Assembly (NCBI GenBank): GCA_028534125.1
Contig: CM052817.1
Span: forward strand, 63,180,001-63,244,000
Direction of reading: 5' to 3'
Length of the DNA stretch: 64,000 bases
DNA from: Lama glama
Taxonomy: Eukaryota
Below the pieces are notes generated by a model. The model did no database searches. It was given only the letters and a program-made list of their open reading frames with translations, and was not told the DNA's origin. Positions 14,769 through 27,256 of the stretch are shown here, piece after piece (position 1 is the first letter of the stretch; every line of letters starts with the position of its first letter). A program made the position numbers and the translations under genes.

Positions 14769-15140
14769 CAATGGTTCTCAAAGTGTGTTCCTGGAACCGA
14801 GAGTACCAACGTTCCCTAGGAAATCTGTTAGAAATGCAAACTGTTACGGCCTACCCCAGATCTACTGAATCAGAAACTTAGAGTGGGACCAGCAATCTGT
14901 GTTTTAACAAGCCATCCTGGTATAAAACTGCCAGATTTAACAGATAAATGTACAGTGTACACAGTTGAATTGAATTTCAGATAAAACAATGAATATATAT
15001 TTTAGTATGTCCCAAGTGATATTTGAGACTTGTTTAAAAAACATATTGTTTATCTGAAATCCAAATTTAACTGGACATCTTTCATTTTATCTTACAACTC
15101 TATTCAAGTGACTCTGACAGAAGTTAAAATTTGAGAATTT
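14769..15140 (+). mobile_element. MER5A hAT MITE interrupted by MER53
   Basis: caatggttctcaaagtgtg...gttagaaatgcaaa...tactgaatcagaaact...ttaacaagcc, resuming after 15101 as gtgactctgac...aaaatttgagaa. Confidence 0.8.
14927..15101. mobile_element. MER53-like palindromic hAT MITE
   Basis: tgccagatttaacagataaa...gaatttcagataaaacaatgaat / attgtttatctgaaatccaaatttaactgg...caactct. Confidence 0.8.
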
Positions 15141-15189
15141 TATGGTAAAAATAACAGCAATACTAAACAAATAGTATCTCCTATGCCCA

Positions 15190-15585
15190 TATAGCAGAAA
15201 CCATTAACGCCTGATGCAGGCAACTGTCTGCATCTATCTGGTATAATGTTGAATTCAGTTCTAAAATACTTTTGTTTGGTCAAATGTATTTGTTTTTATT
15301 TGTTCTTTCTGTTTGAATGTTTGAATTAATTGCAATATTTAAAATGTGATGAAATTTCACATTAAATCATGATCTAAATCACATACTAGTATGGCAACAA
15401 CTGAGACTATTAATAAGTGGGTGGTCCAGTGTTCTACAACCCACCCCACCCCCTATTTGTGTCTCTGTCATGAATCTAAATATTGCCTGCCATTTGTATC
15501 TGCAACTGCACTGTTTTCACAGTCCCCAGTTGGGATTGCATTACTGGCCTATATCCTCTTAGACTTGTAAATTTGCAACTTCTTT
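15190..15585. mobile_element. MER102-like hAT-Charlie element
   Basis: tttgaattaattgcaatatttaaaatgtgatgaaatttcacattaaa...tggcaacaactg motif. Confidence 0.45.
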
Positions 15586-17646
15586 AAAGGTTTCCCACAG
15601 ATGTGGATCTTTTGGAATATGAAACATCTCAAAAGGCAGGCCTCACATGGGAAATTATGAGTATTATGCCACAGGCGACATCTCCAAGAAAATAAGTTAG
15701 CAGAATTAGAAATCAAGGTTGTAACAGATTCTAGCCTAAAACAACCAAGCTTGACTTATATATGGGCCAATTCAGAGGAATGATATACCGAGTTCTTTGT
15801 TTAAGTTGAAAATATTGTTATTGATTCTCCATGTGAAAATGTATGTTCCAAGTGTGATGATACGTTTTGTAGTGAAAATAATATCAATATAAAAACTAAC
15901 AGTGATTTTTAAGGACTAAAATGTTCACATTGGAGCATATTTAGGAAGCAAAACACAAAGGCTGATTTTCAATCTTTCAAACTAAAACGAAATTTTAGGT
16001 CATATCTTGAATTTAGGCCATGTGTATGTACCCTAAAGATTGCGATTTATTAATCATTTCTCCGTACCAGCTTGAATTCATATGTGGATGCACAGAATCA
16101 GTAGATCATGCCTTGCAGAAATTTGGTTCCTGGCAAACCTCAAGAACTTTTGAGGCTCTTGAAACTACACTGTTTAGGTATTGTTTCATTTATTTTAAGT
16201 AATTAAGTAAGTACTGAAGAAAATTCACCTAGTTTGTAGTTAGTGAAAGTTTCTGCCTTGAAGATTTAAATTCTGCAAAGTCACTTTTGATTCAAACTTC
16301 TGCAGCAATGTCCCTTTTACTACCTCAAGAGCTTTCCCAGAATAAATCTTTCCCCTTCCAAGCAAGGCTTGGAAAACATGTGCAATGCTTCTGTGACATA
16401 TGGGCCTGTCTACAGTAATTAATTCCTAGTTTGTCTGACCTAATTGCTCCATGTTGGCAACTCTTGTTATTTTATTAAAAGCAACATTGTTAAATATAAA
16501 CAGAATATTGCCAAAATAATGATTATTTTTTCAAAGCTGCACACATTTCATAATTCTTTCATTTTATCAATTATTAAATTCTCTCTGCTCACTAAATAGT
16601 TCCTAGCCTGTTATCTCAAATGCACTGCATACTCCAATTAAATTTACCTTTTTAATTATATTGATGATTAGTTGTGTTCTGAATCCATTATGAGGCAGAA
16701 ATTAGGTTCAACTTTCTTTTCCCAAGCTATAATATATATACCCTATTTTATTCCTACCATTCAGGAAAGTAGAAAACCCAGGTGTTTTCTGTTTTATGTA
16801 AAGCAGATCATTGTTCGTCTCTGCTTGATTTATGAGGAAGGGCATTTTGTCCACCTTGAGCTCCCCCACTTCAAGTTGGTATATGCATTTCAGATCCATC
16901 TGGACTTTTTTTCTACCCACCTGCACCTCCATTTAGTCCAAACTCCGCAGCACTGGCTTACAGTAAAATTTGCTTTGAGATACAGGCATTTGCAAAGCTT
17001 GACAATTGTTGCTTCGTCACAATTTACAATAGAGAAAAATCCCTGAGAGAATGAATTTTACTTATCACTCTCTAGATTTGTGTGACTTTTTTTTTCTTTA
17101 CAGCAATTCCCTAAGTCTCATGCAGGGTGTTATAGGATGTCCTTATTCTACATGCCTAATTCTAATGCTGTTTCTTATGCATCAGAATATATTTTATATA
17201 TAAAAAGTAAAATAGTTATAAATTCACACTGTTCTCATTTCTGAATTCTAATATATTCAGCTTATGGAAAAATCATTTGGAGTTTGTATAGCCTTCACAA
17301 AATCTTCATCTAAAGCAGTTAGTTCCCAATTTATTTTTAAAAAAAATTAGTGAGGGTATACAAAGGTATGGTGTAGCCGAAGGAAGATAAAGTGTAGCAG
17401 TCTCTCCTTCTCTCTACCTCCCCTCTCCCCACTATCATAAAACTGGAGGAGGAAAATATTTCTGAAGCATTTTAATTTGAATTTGTAAATTCTAAAAATC
17501 TTGATGCCACAGGGATTTCTCACCCATTAAAAGCAATGGGTTCTGATGCTTCAGAAAAAAAGACTGATACATGCTAGAAGTAGTTCTACAGCTCAGCTTT
17601 CACTGTCAGATGTGATTTTGTTGCAAGTTAACAGGCTTGAAAACTT

Positions 17647-18254
17647 TGTGGGAGCCCATGATTGGGTTAACAAATTCTAACAGACCCCAGCCACTTATCT
17701 CTTTAAAGAAGAGCAAATGTGCTAAGTAACCGCCTTATTTGCATAGTTGAGGTTTTAGCAATGACCCAGGCCCAGGCTGGGCGTGCCTGCCTTTAGATAG
17801 TCTTCTGTCTTCAAAACAGCCTTGGGCTGGAATGGTAAACAAGTTATAAAAAGCTGCAAACTCAGAGGTGAGAAGGCTGGTTAGCCAATGACGGGTAAGA
17901 TCCCCTGAAGGGGGCAACCTAAGACAGGCACACCCACCTGAGTGCAAGTTGTTAAGCAGCTGTTTCTCATATGTTGCGCCCTGATAAGCTGAAAGGATCA
18001 ACAGGAACATGATTCACCAAAAAGGGTCTGTTGACCTTGAGCCAAACACCAACAAACAAAGCCTTTGCACTCATCATGATCCCACCCTGTTCTTCCCTGA
18101 ATTCCTGCATTCCTCCTTTGACTGTACACAATAAATATGGAAGCATTTGAGAGGCTCAAGGAGTTGGCTCCTGACTCCCTCTCGCTATCTTGACTTTTTC
18201 CACAGAGTCTTGAGTCATTCATTCCAACTTGGTGGGATTTCTGCAGAACCCACA
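17647..18254 (+). mobile_element. Solo LTR (ERV, family uncertain)
   Basis: Inverted termini tgtggg...cccaca, tataaaa at ~17845 and aataaa at ~18130. Flanks actt/actg could be an imperfect 4-bp TSD. Confidence 0.65.
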
Positions 18255-19015
18255 ACTGGTGACAAACCCACAGGTCTTGTTAAGGGACAGAGGGTGGGGG
18301 ATTCTAAATCCTTTAGCTTGTAAGATTAAGATCATAATTTTGCTTTCTTAAGTAGAAAAATGCACTTCCATCTGGGTGTAATGTTACTGCCACAGAGATT
18401 GGAGGACATGATTACAGTAAGGGAAAGCCCCAAAGCCTGAAACAACCCCACCAGTCCTGAAGTACTGTGTGGGATGGAAGCGAGAAGAGAGAGACACGGA
18501 AAACAAGTACATCAGGTACAAGGACACTTATCCTGGCACCCCCACCTTACTCCCTCATCCAACCTGTGGAGATAGGAAGAGGGGCCTTCAGGGACATCCA
18601 GAGAGCTCTGGTAGAACCCAGACTTAGAGGCATACATCTCTGGGTATGTGTGTTTGGGAAGTCGAGGAGTGGATGTGAGCTCCTGGTAGAGGCCCTACAT
18701 AAGGCTGCTGGGTGTGCGTAACGGGGGCTGGGAGAAGGGATGTATGCAGTGAGATAGTTACTGGGAGAGGGTACTTTTTAAAAGCTAAATGTCAAGTTCA
18801 TGAGGCCTACCTTTAAGTCTAGGACTTCTGACGATCATCTCAAAGACTGCCCAGATATAGCTTCTGAGGCCCATCCACCGTGAAATAAGTGCAACTCAAA
18901 TTAAGAAGTAAGGCCAGATACAGTTCTTCTGTCCCTTCACTTCCGTTGTGATGAGAACAGCTTTCAGAACACCCCACTTGCCCTTTGGGCACAGACAGAA
19001 GCCAGCTGCACCTGC

Positions 19016-19906
19016 TTAACTAAGTTGGATACAGGTGATGGTGAAGGCCGTGATGGACTGCATCGTTGCTGGCGGCTGCGTAGACAGGGGCGTCAGAGGA
19101 GGCGTCACCAGAGGTGAGCTGTTCTTGCTCCGTCCTACCGTCACTGCCTCATAGCCGGGCTCAACAAAGCCCGTGGGAGAGGAGTGCTCTCACTTGGACC
19201 GGGAGTCCGGGCTGCATTGGCCTCGCTGAGGTTCCGGCTGAGCGCTCCCACAATCCCCTGCGGGACGGCGGGTGACGAAGGTCACAGAGCGTCGGCTGAG
19301 GTGCCTGCCCCCAAAGAACTGGGGTGTTCGAGCGACAGGAGTTGACTGGCTGGTGAGGTGCCCCAGGCAAGGCGTGGGGGCCTGCGGTGACTGGAAGGTT
19401 GGGGCGGCCTCAGGGCAGCCGTCACCAGGCCCTGCCCTTGGCTGGTGCCCATTCTTGAGGAAGCATGGTTTGAGGTCCTCCTCATCTCCTCACAGTCGTC
19501 CTCATGTCCACACTCAGGCCACACACGGCCCCTCAGTGAGAAGGTGGCGTGGCCGGCGAACTGTAAGGTGGCCAAGCGGAGTGAGCTGGCCGGCACACCC
19601 GGGCGCGGGCGTGGGCCTGTCCTTGCCCGGCCGCCAAGCGCAGGGAATCCACCTGGTGCGTCAAGCGCTTGACCTGCTTCTGCAGCTGCCAGTTGTCGCC
19701 CAGCAGCTCAGCCACCGTGTGTGCGGCTTGGGTCAGGCGCAGGGCCTCCGCCAAGCCCGGCTCCTCACCGCGCCGCAGGCCCGGTGCGTCCTCGTGCTGC
19801 GTGCGCGCCCCGCGAGGGTCACCCAGGGTCGCCGCCTGGAAGCTGCCGAGAGCTCGCCCTCCGCGCCCGGGGCCGCCGCAGGGAGCCCTGGTGTGAGAGC
19901 TGCCTA
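19016..19906 (-). pseudogene. Frameshifted bZIP-like coding remnant (basic region, leucine zipper, Pro/Ser/Thr-rich tail)
   Basis: Zipper VAELLGDNWQLQKQVKRLTHQVDSL (19715-19641) has Leu every 7 residues and V/N/V/V at the a positions. Basic-like RARSTRTHRACGAVRSRAWRR lies upstream in a neighbouring frame. The downstream frame 19489-19016 is open for 157 codons except for one TGA at 19192-19190. Confidence 0.5.
19040..19900. promoter_or_regulatory. CpG island
   Basis: Abrupt GC-rich, CpG-dense segment in an otherwise AT-rich, CpG-depleted window. GC-box ggggcgg at ~19401; ETS-like cacttccg at ~18938. Confidence 0.8.
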
Positions 19907-20094
19907 GCCCAGGAGAGAATCTGCAGACACTTAAAAATGTGAGTACGTTTATATGCTTATATATTTACATTTATGTTACATATAACTTACTATATATGTG
20001 GTCCTTTGCTGGGCTGTGCTGCGGGAGTGTGGAGAGAGAGAGAGAGATGTTTGATAAAATCTAGCAAGTGCCTCACGGACCCTCTCTGGAACTT

Positions 20095-20810
20095 TCTGAA
20101 GCATTCATAGCCAGCTGATAGGAATATGAACTGGCACAACCTCTTTGGAAAACCGTTTGTAGTAGTTAACTGAAGTCGAAGGTTTGTGTGTGTGTGTGTC
20201 CCAGTAATTTAACCTTTGGTTGTTTAGCCTAGACACCCTCGTGCATGCCAGATTATAATTGAAAGAATTTCTAGCAGCACTGTTTCTAACAGTACAAAAT
20301 TGGAATAACATTGCTTATCCAAAGTGAAAATTGTTTTGTATGTTCATACAATGGAGCATATAATAGTATACTTAAAAGTTATATTCGATATGGTCACCCG
20401 ATGGAATACAATCCAAAAAAAAGGAAAAAAAAAAAAGAACTAGCGATATACGTGACAACGTGAATGGACTTTGCAATCATATTAAGTGCAAGAGGCAACA
20501 CACAAATATTTACTTACAGATACTATTTGTGTAAATTTTAAAGGCAGGAAAAACTAAACTATACATTGTATTATTTAGGAATGTTATGTTGGTGTTGTAT
20601 CTGTACAGGAATACAGTAAATGAATTGCCACAGCAGTCCTGGTAAGGTTTACCTCTTGGAGCTGGAGGAGGATGTTTATAGAGATGTATAGTAGCTTTGA
20701 GGATGTTAGCAATGTACTAATTTTTGACCTGGGTGGTGGTTACATTGATGTTTGCTTTATAATCATTCTTCACACAATTTATTTATGTTATATTCTGTAA
20801 ATTGATACCG
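20095..20810 (+). mobile_element. Ancient L1 3' end (L1ME-like)
   Basis: ggaatatgaactggcacaacctctttggaaaaccgtttg, ggcaggaaaaactaaactata and ttgacctgggtggtggttac motifs. Confidence 0.7.
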
Positions 20811-21144
20811 TTTAAACCTAGGACAAAAAAAGTTTTCAAAGCTGGGGAGTTTTTCAGACTCCACAGTCTTCTTGTAGCAAAGGACTGACAATGGGCTGAC
20901 TGCTGGGGCTGACACCCATGGTCATCACAGCCAGAACTGAGATCATTTCCCAGGACAAGGAAGAACTAGATGAGGCCACATCAACCAGAAGGGACTGTCA
21001 GGTCTTGCCAAGACCAGGGAAAGAAAGACTATGCATTGTACCAGCCATAGTCCTAAAAGAGAGATGCCAGGGAGCCCATACCAACTAGGCAAAGGCAAAA
21101 TGCAAAGATTAGAGGACAGCATATTTATGTATGATTATCAGCTT

Positions 21145-21308
21145 CTTTCTTTTTCTTTTTTTTAAATTTATTGAAGTGTAGTCAGTTTACAATGTTGCAT
21201 CAATTTCTGATGTACAGCATAATGTTTCAGTCATATGTATACGTATATTCATTTTCATATTCTTTTTCATTATAGGTTACTGTAAGATATTGAGTATAGT
21301 TCTCTGTG
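21145..21308 (-). mobile_element. 5'-truncated lineage-specific L1 3' tail
   Basis: Poly-T followed by ttattgaagtgtagtcagtttacaatgttg. TSD ttatcagctt (21135-21144) / ttatcacctt (21309-21318). Confidence 0.85.
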
Positions 21309-22399
21309 TTATCACCTTACAAAACACTTGGATACAACCTTGGAAAGAAGCAGGGTAGAACTCTGAGCATTTTTATTTAAAGAAGTTAAGCATTTACCTA
21401 AAAGTACTGTTTAAATGATTACATCTGCAGTGCTTACCCAACTGAACTAAAATTTATGCATTTTTTCCACAACACTGAAAACTGGGAAATTATAAAGAAA
21501 TTTATATCAGTAGCATACAAAGTAAACTACATTTTCTTTGGACATCTAAACGTAGTTTCAGTAAATCTTTGACCTAGCAATAAATATATGTGCATTTCTA
21601 AAGGTAAAGTCGGGAAGAAAGACTCCACATTGTTTTTAAGTATTTCGTTGGGACAAAGTTGGGATCCAGTTTACTCTACAATTAATTGCTGTTGCAGATA
21701 ATTCTCTCACTCACTTTGATTCTCAAAATTGTATAGCTCCTAAATTTGGTGTGGCAAAAAAGGAAGTGTCAGTTTTATATGTGTACTTTGCTTCTTAGCT
21801 ATGGCCTACATGCAGAACTATACTTAATTATAGTTAAAGCTTGTATAGAGAATATCAAAATATGAATGTGGACACTTACAATTGTTTGAATTACTGATAT
21901 TCTTTAGTAACATCATTGAAATTGTGAAGTAAATTAATGAAGCAACTAAAGATGCTTATGAATCTTGAGAAAAAACTGCTTTAATGATTTTGAAATCTCA
22001 TATAACATTCTTTTTGTTATTCTGTTTAACTCAAATAATAATATTCATCCTAATATTATTAAAAATTATAGATAGTATTATGAATTAGAATAGAAGCTTT
22101 CCATGATACTTATGCTTACACACAGTGTAGCTGTAATATAATGAAATTAGTTGTTTGTGTAGCTCATTTGAGAACTCCTCTGAAACAAGAATCCCATTTA
22201 GTATAGTTTTATACCTTTCGTACCATATAAGATTTCAATCAATATTTGAATGAGCTAATGAAAAAAAATGTGAAATCTTGCCTATTTTGAAATTTACAGT
22301 TGAAAGTAATATAATTAATTTCAAGAATTATTTTAAAAATCCAAATTTTGATGAAGTTCTAAATATGTTTGATATTTGTTTGCAATATATCCAGCTGCA

Positions 22400-24460
22400 T
22401 TTCTTTTTTATTGAAACATAATTGACCTATAACACTTTGTTAGTACCAGGTGTATAACATAGTCATTCTGTATTTCTGTGCATCACAAAATGTTCACCGT
22501 GATAAGTCTAGTTACCATCTGTCACCATACAAAGTTATTACAATATTATTGACTATATTTCCTATGTTGTACATCTCATCCCCATGACTCTTTTATTTCT
22601 TAATTGGAAGTTTGTACCTCTTAATCTCCCCTCATCTATTTCACTCTTCTCCCACCCACCGCCCCTCTAGCATTCACCTGGTTATTTTCTGTATCTGTGA
22701 GTCTGTTTCTGTCCTGTTATGTTTGTTAATTTGTTTTGTATTTTAAAGTCTTCACATAAGTGAAATAGTATGGTGTTTGTCTTTCTCTGCCCGACTTATT
22801 TCACTTAGCATAATACCCTCTAGATCCACTTGTGATATCCCAAATGGCAGAATTTCCTTTTTATGGCTGAGTTCGAGCCACTGTATATATGTGCCTGTGT
22901 GTGTGTTTGTATGTGTATGTACATATGTATATAATTTCTTCTTTATCCATTCATCTATCAGTGGACAGTTAGGTTGTTTTCATATCTTGACTATTATCAA
23001 TAATGCTTCAGGGAACATAGAGGTGCATATATCTTTTTGAATTAAGTGTTTTTGTTTTCTTCAGAAAAATACCGAGAAGTAGAATTGTTGGATCTGCTGA
23101 ATTGTGTGGTAGTTCTATTTTCAATTTTTTGAGGAACCTCCATACTATTTTTTCTATAGTGGCTGCACCAGTTTACATTCCAGCCAACAGTGTGTGAGAG
23201 TTCCCTTTTCTCTATATCCTCCCGACACTGGTCTTTTTGATAATAGCCATCCTGAAACATGAGAGCTGGCATCTCATTATGGTTTTGATTTTCATTTCCC
23301 TGATGATTAGTGATGTTGAGCATCTTTTCATGTGCCTGTTAGCCATCTGTGTTATCTTTTTCGGAAAAATGTTTATTCAGGTCCTCTGCCCATTTTTTAA
23401 TTGGGTTGTTTGGTTTTTTGATGCTGAATTATATGTGTTCTTTGTATATTTGGGATATTAACCTCTTATCAGATATATTGCTTACAAACATTTCCTCTCA
23501 TTCAGTAGGCTGCCTTTTCATATTGTTTATCATTTTCTTTGTAGTGCAAAAGCTTTTTACTTTGATGTGGTCCCATTTTTAATTTTTTAATTTTGTTTTC
23601 CCTCCTTGAGGAGACATATCCAAAACAATATTGCTAAGACTGAAGTTAAAGAGCATACTGCCTATGTTTTTTTCCTAGGGGTTTTACAGTTTTAGGTCTT
23701 AGCTTTAAGTCTTTAATACATTTTGAGCATATTTTTGTATATGGTGTGAGAAAGTAGTTCAGTTGGATTCTTTTGCATGTAGCTATCTAGTTTTTCCAAC
23801 ATCATTTATTAAAGAGACTTTCTTTTCCCCCATTGTATATTCTTTACTCCTTTGTTGTAGATTAATTGACTGTAGGTCTTTGGGTTTATTTCTGTGCTCT
23901 CCATTCTGTTCCAATGATCTATTTGTTGGGTTTTGTGCCAATATTATAATGTTTTAATTACTGTAGCTTTGTTGTATAGTTTGAAATAAGGGAATATGAT
24001 ACCTCTAGCTTTGTTCTTCTTTCTCAAGATTGTTTTGGCTATTAGGGGTATTTCATGTTTCCATACACATTTTAGAATTATTCTAGTATGGTGGAAAATG
24101 CCATTTATATTTTGATAGGAATTGCATTGAATTCATAGATTGCCTTGAGGAATGTGGTCATTTTAACAATACTAGTTTTTCCAGTCCATGAACATGGTAT
24201 ATCTTTCCATTTGTGCTGTCTTGCAATTTCTTTCATCAGCGTCTTGTAGTTTTCAGATTGAGATCTTTTACCTCCTTAGATTTAATCCTAGGTACTTTAG
24301 TCTTTTTGATGTAAATGTAAATTGGATTGTTTTCTCAATTTCTTTTTCTGATAGTATTTTGTTGGTGTATATTAGCACTGTGTATTAATTTTGTATCCTA
24401 CAAATTTACTGAATTTCTTTAACTAATTCTAATTTGTCCTAATAATTTTTTTGGTGGTAT
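22400..24460 (-). mobile_element. L1 3'UTR plus ORF2 C-terminal region (L1MA9-like age), degenerate
   Basis: Minus translation includes L1 ORF2 peptides such as EDIEKRELSHTVGWNVNWCSH, with many frameshifts. Confidence 0.9.
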
Positions 24461-25830
24461 CCGTTGAACGTGATATCTGGTTCCTGGCAATTTCTGTGGC
24501 CTACTTTTTTCTTGTGTCTGGATCACGTGTTGCATGTCTTATAATTTCTATTGTTAAGTGCTAGCCACTTTATATAGTACCTTGTATCAACTCTGGATGA
24601 TGATTTCCCTTCCTGCTCTCTGGAGCTGTTTTGGTGATTGTTTGTGTGCTTATTTGTTTTGTGACTTGACTAGGCTACTTGGTAAAGTCCATTTCCCTTG
24701 AAGTATTAAGTCTTTGGTGTCATTCCTCTGAAAATACAGCCTTGGGCATGTGGCCCACGCCTGGGATGACAGTGGTTTTACCGGGGCTTTCTTGTCTTTC
24801 TCTGATCTCTCTGTTAAGCCATCTACTTCCTTTGGTATTACACCCAGTTCATTAGGCTTAAATAATTACTGGTTGATTCTTTCTATTATTTTTAACATCA
24901 CCCTAGAGCATAAACTTTGCAGCAGTCTGGTTCAATTAATTTTTACAGTGGTAATTTTTGAGACCAGTCTTTAAATTTTTGTTGTTGTTGTTTTATCTGT
25001 CCCAGAGCACTCTTTTCAGCTGTCTTTTCCCATGGTTCTCTCCAGAAAATTAGATGACCAATGGCCTAGCTTGTTACTATTAACTAAGAGAAGCTATTAT
25101 TTTTGAGAGCACCCTTCAGCTTGAACTTTATTTCAAATGAAGAACCTAAGGTAACTCCTTTAGATAAAGCTTCAGGGCTCTGTTTTTTATGGACTGCCTC
25201 TTCCCCTGGGAAATCTCTCTGAGCCATTACTCTGGGTTCTGGGTGGGGCAGTAGCCTCTGGATTCTTTGGCTTGCCTCTTTCAGAATAGAACCTCTGCTT
25301 TAAGAAGTAGCTGGGCTGAGGCCATAGGGATCTCAGCATTCTCAGCTTGATGCACATAGGGCAGAGCCTCTGTCCTATGAATAGACACTGAGTGGAAAAA
25401 GGAGCCCCGCAACTATTAGCTGGCACTTACTAGGAAGTTAGCCATTTCAACTTGCAATTGGAGAAGATGAGAAATACTGATGGTTTATACTCCTAGGGAG
25501 ATATGGTAAAACTTAATTCAGAGCTGAGAGAAAAGGGAACCTTCTCTTGGCCACACCTAATAGTATAGCTTTCATTAAGCTGAGTTTGGTAGGTGGAGAG
25601 AAGCAATGAGTCATGACTCAGATGCCATAGTCTCTCACTATTCTTACTGAGAAAAGTAAAAACTTACTATATTCTTGAATTTTTTTTTAAATTTTCTGTA
25701 TGCCCTTAGAGAAGTTTCTAGAGGCTTTTTTTTTTTTAGTTTTATAGTTTTTATTAGTTTTGCTTATTTCACTGAAGAATAGGTCTGTGGAGCTCTTTAC
25801 CTTGTTATCTTGAAAATGGAGCCCCTATAA
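24460..25830 (-). mobile_element. Older L1 5' region fragment
   Basis: Antisense L1M 5'UTR-like motifs: gcatgtcttataatttc and gaataggtctgtggagctctttaccttgttatcttg. Confidence 0.5.
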
Positions 25831-27256
25831 TCTCATTCTTTAAAATTTTATTTTCTGTTATTCCAAGGGAATATGAGGTGAATGTGAGGTGGACAGATAT
25901 GTTCAGTTTGTCATCTTGATCTAATCCCTTTCATGTCATTCTAAGAGTTGACCTCTTCTTTCACAGTCTCCTCTGTTGCCCAGGTATAAGTAATTTATTT
26001 GTACAGTCCTATCACTGGCATTTGAGAGAACCAGGTCCAGAAACTCTCTAAAAAACTTGGTTTCAAATACAGACTTCTGTACTTACTAGTTATTTGACCT
26101 TCACATCAGTTGGGCTCTTTGAATTTGTTCCTTCACCTGTAATAAAAAGAAAGTACATTTACTATTTCTTGTTGTCATTAGAGATAATGTAAAATGTTAG
26201 TCTAAACATAACTTTTAGAGTCCAAGTTATCTTATCTTAATAATAGGAAATACAAGAAAGACTGTGGCAAATTTATTTTAGTTTCATTATCTAGTAAGCT
26301 TTGAACTACTCTTAAAATTAAAAAAATCATCTACACAGCAATTCTTTCTTCATTAGCAATATTTTGAAAGAATGCAATTCAAACCTATTTTTGGATTCTT
26401 GATTAATCTCTACAGTTCCTTGAGTTCTCATGAAAGAAGCATTTAAGAACTCAAGACTGGGAAAAATAATTTCTTTTTCATGTAAATATGCTCAGATATT
26501 TTTGAGATGCTTGTGTATAGGTTTAGACAAAACACAATGATTTAAAAATTTGAGTCCCAGAGGGTTTCATTTTAGAAACCATTACTGTTTAATCCCATAA
26601 TGACTGATCCTGTATCTGGAATGCTTCATTTAATTTAAGGGTTTATAACTTCATCATTTTCCATACTGTTAAGAAATGCCATATTATTGTATTAAAATTT
26701 TACTATTACCCCATTTATTTGAAATCTGTGAAAATTTATACATGGATTGAGTGAAAATTTGCCCTTGCTATTTTTTTGAAATAAATTTCCTAAAAATCTG
26801 TCAAAGCAAAACCTAGTAGAGAACCCTACAGAAGTAGGATTGTGTATTTAATAAGTTGCTGTATTTAATAAGCATGCTCCTAGATGAGGGAAACATTTGG
26901 TGAGCGGGAATTTGTCATACATTTAGACAATTGACAAATAAATTACACATTTCTAAAAATTTAGAATATGGGGAAGGCCTTTAGGACCTTGCCTGGAAAT
27001 ATCTTCTTACATCAGTTGGGGTGTGAGAGCTGGAAGTCGTCCCATTATTTAGGTATTTATGTGGTTTTTAAATGTTACATCAATAAATCTTTGAGATTCT
27101 GTGAGGTCCCTTAGTCTCTTAGAAAGTGGTGCTGTTGAAGTGGGAGGTGTTGTCTGTAAAGAATTCCAGGAATTCATCCTGCTTCAACCATTGAACTTTT
27201 ATTGATTTTACATATGGACTTCTATATAATGTTTCATTCACTCAAATAAAGGGTCC

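Noticed and set aside
16672..17046. Overlapping 124-aa (+) and 74-aa (-) ORFs in unique DNA
   Set aside because: No recognisable domain and no consistent exon structure; the lengths are within chance expectation.
19272..19907. 211-aa plus-strand ORF in the CpG island
   Set aside because: GTG start and an Arg/Gly/Pro/Ala-rich sequence with no domain. It is best explained as the antisense shadow of GC-rich DNA; the protein-like periodicity is on the minus strand.
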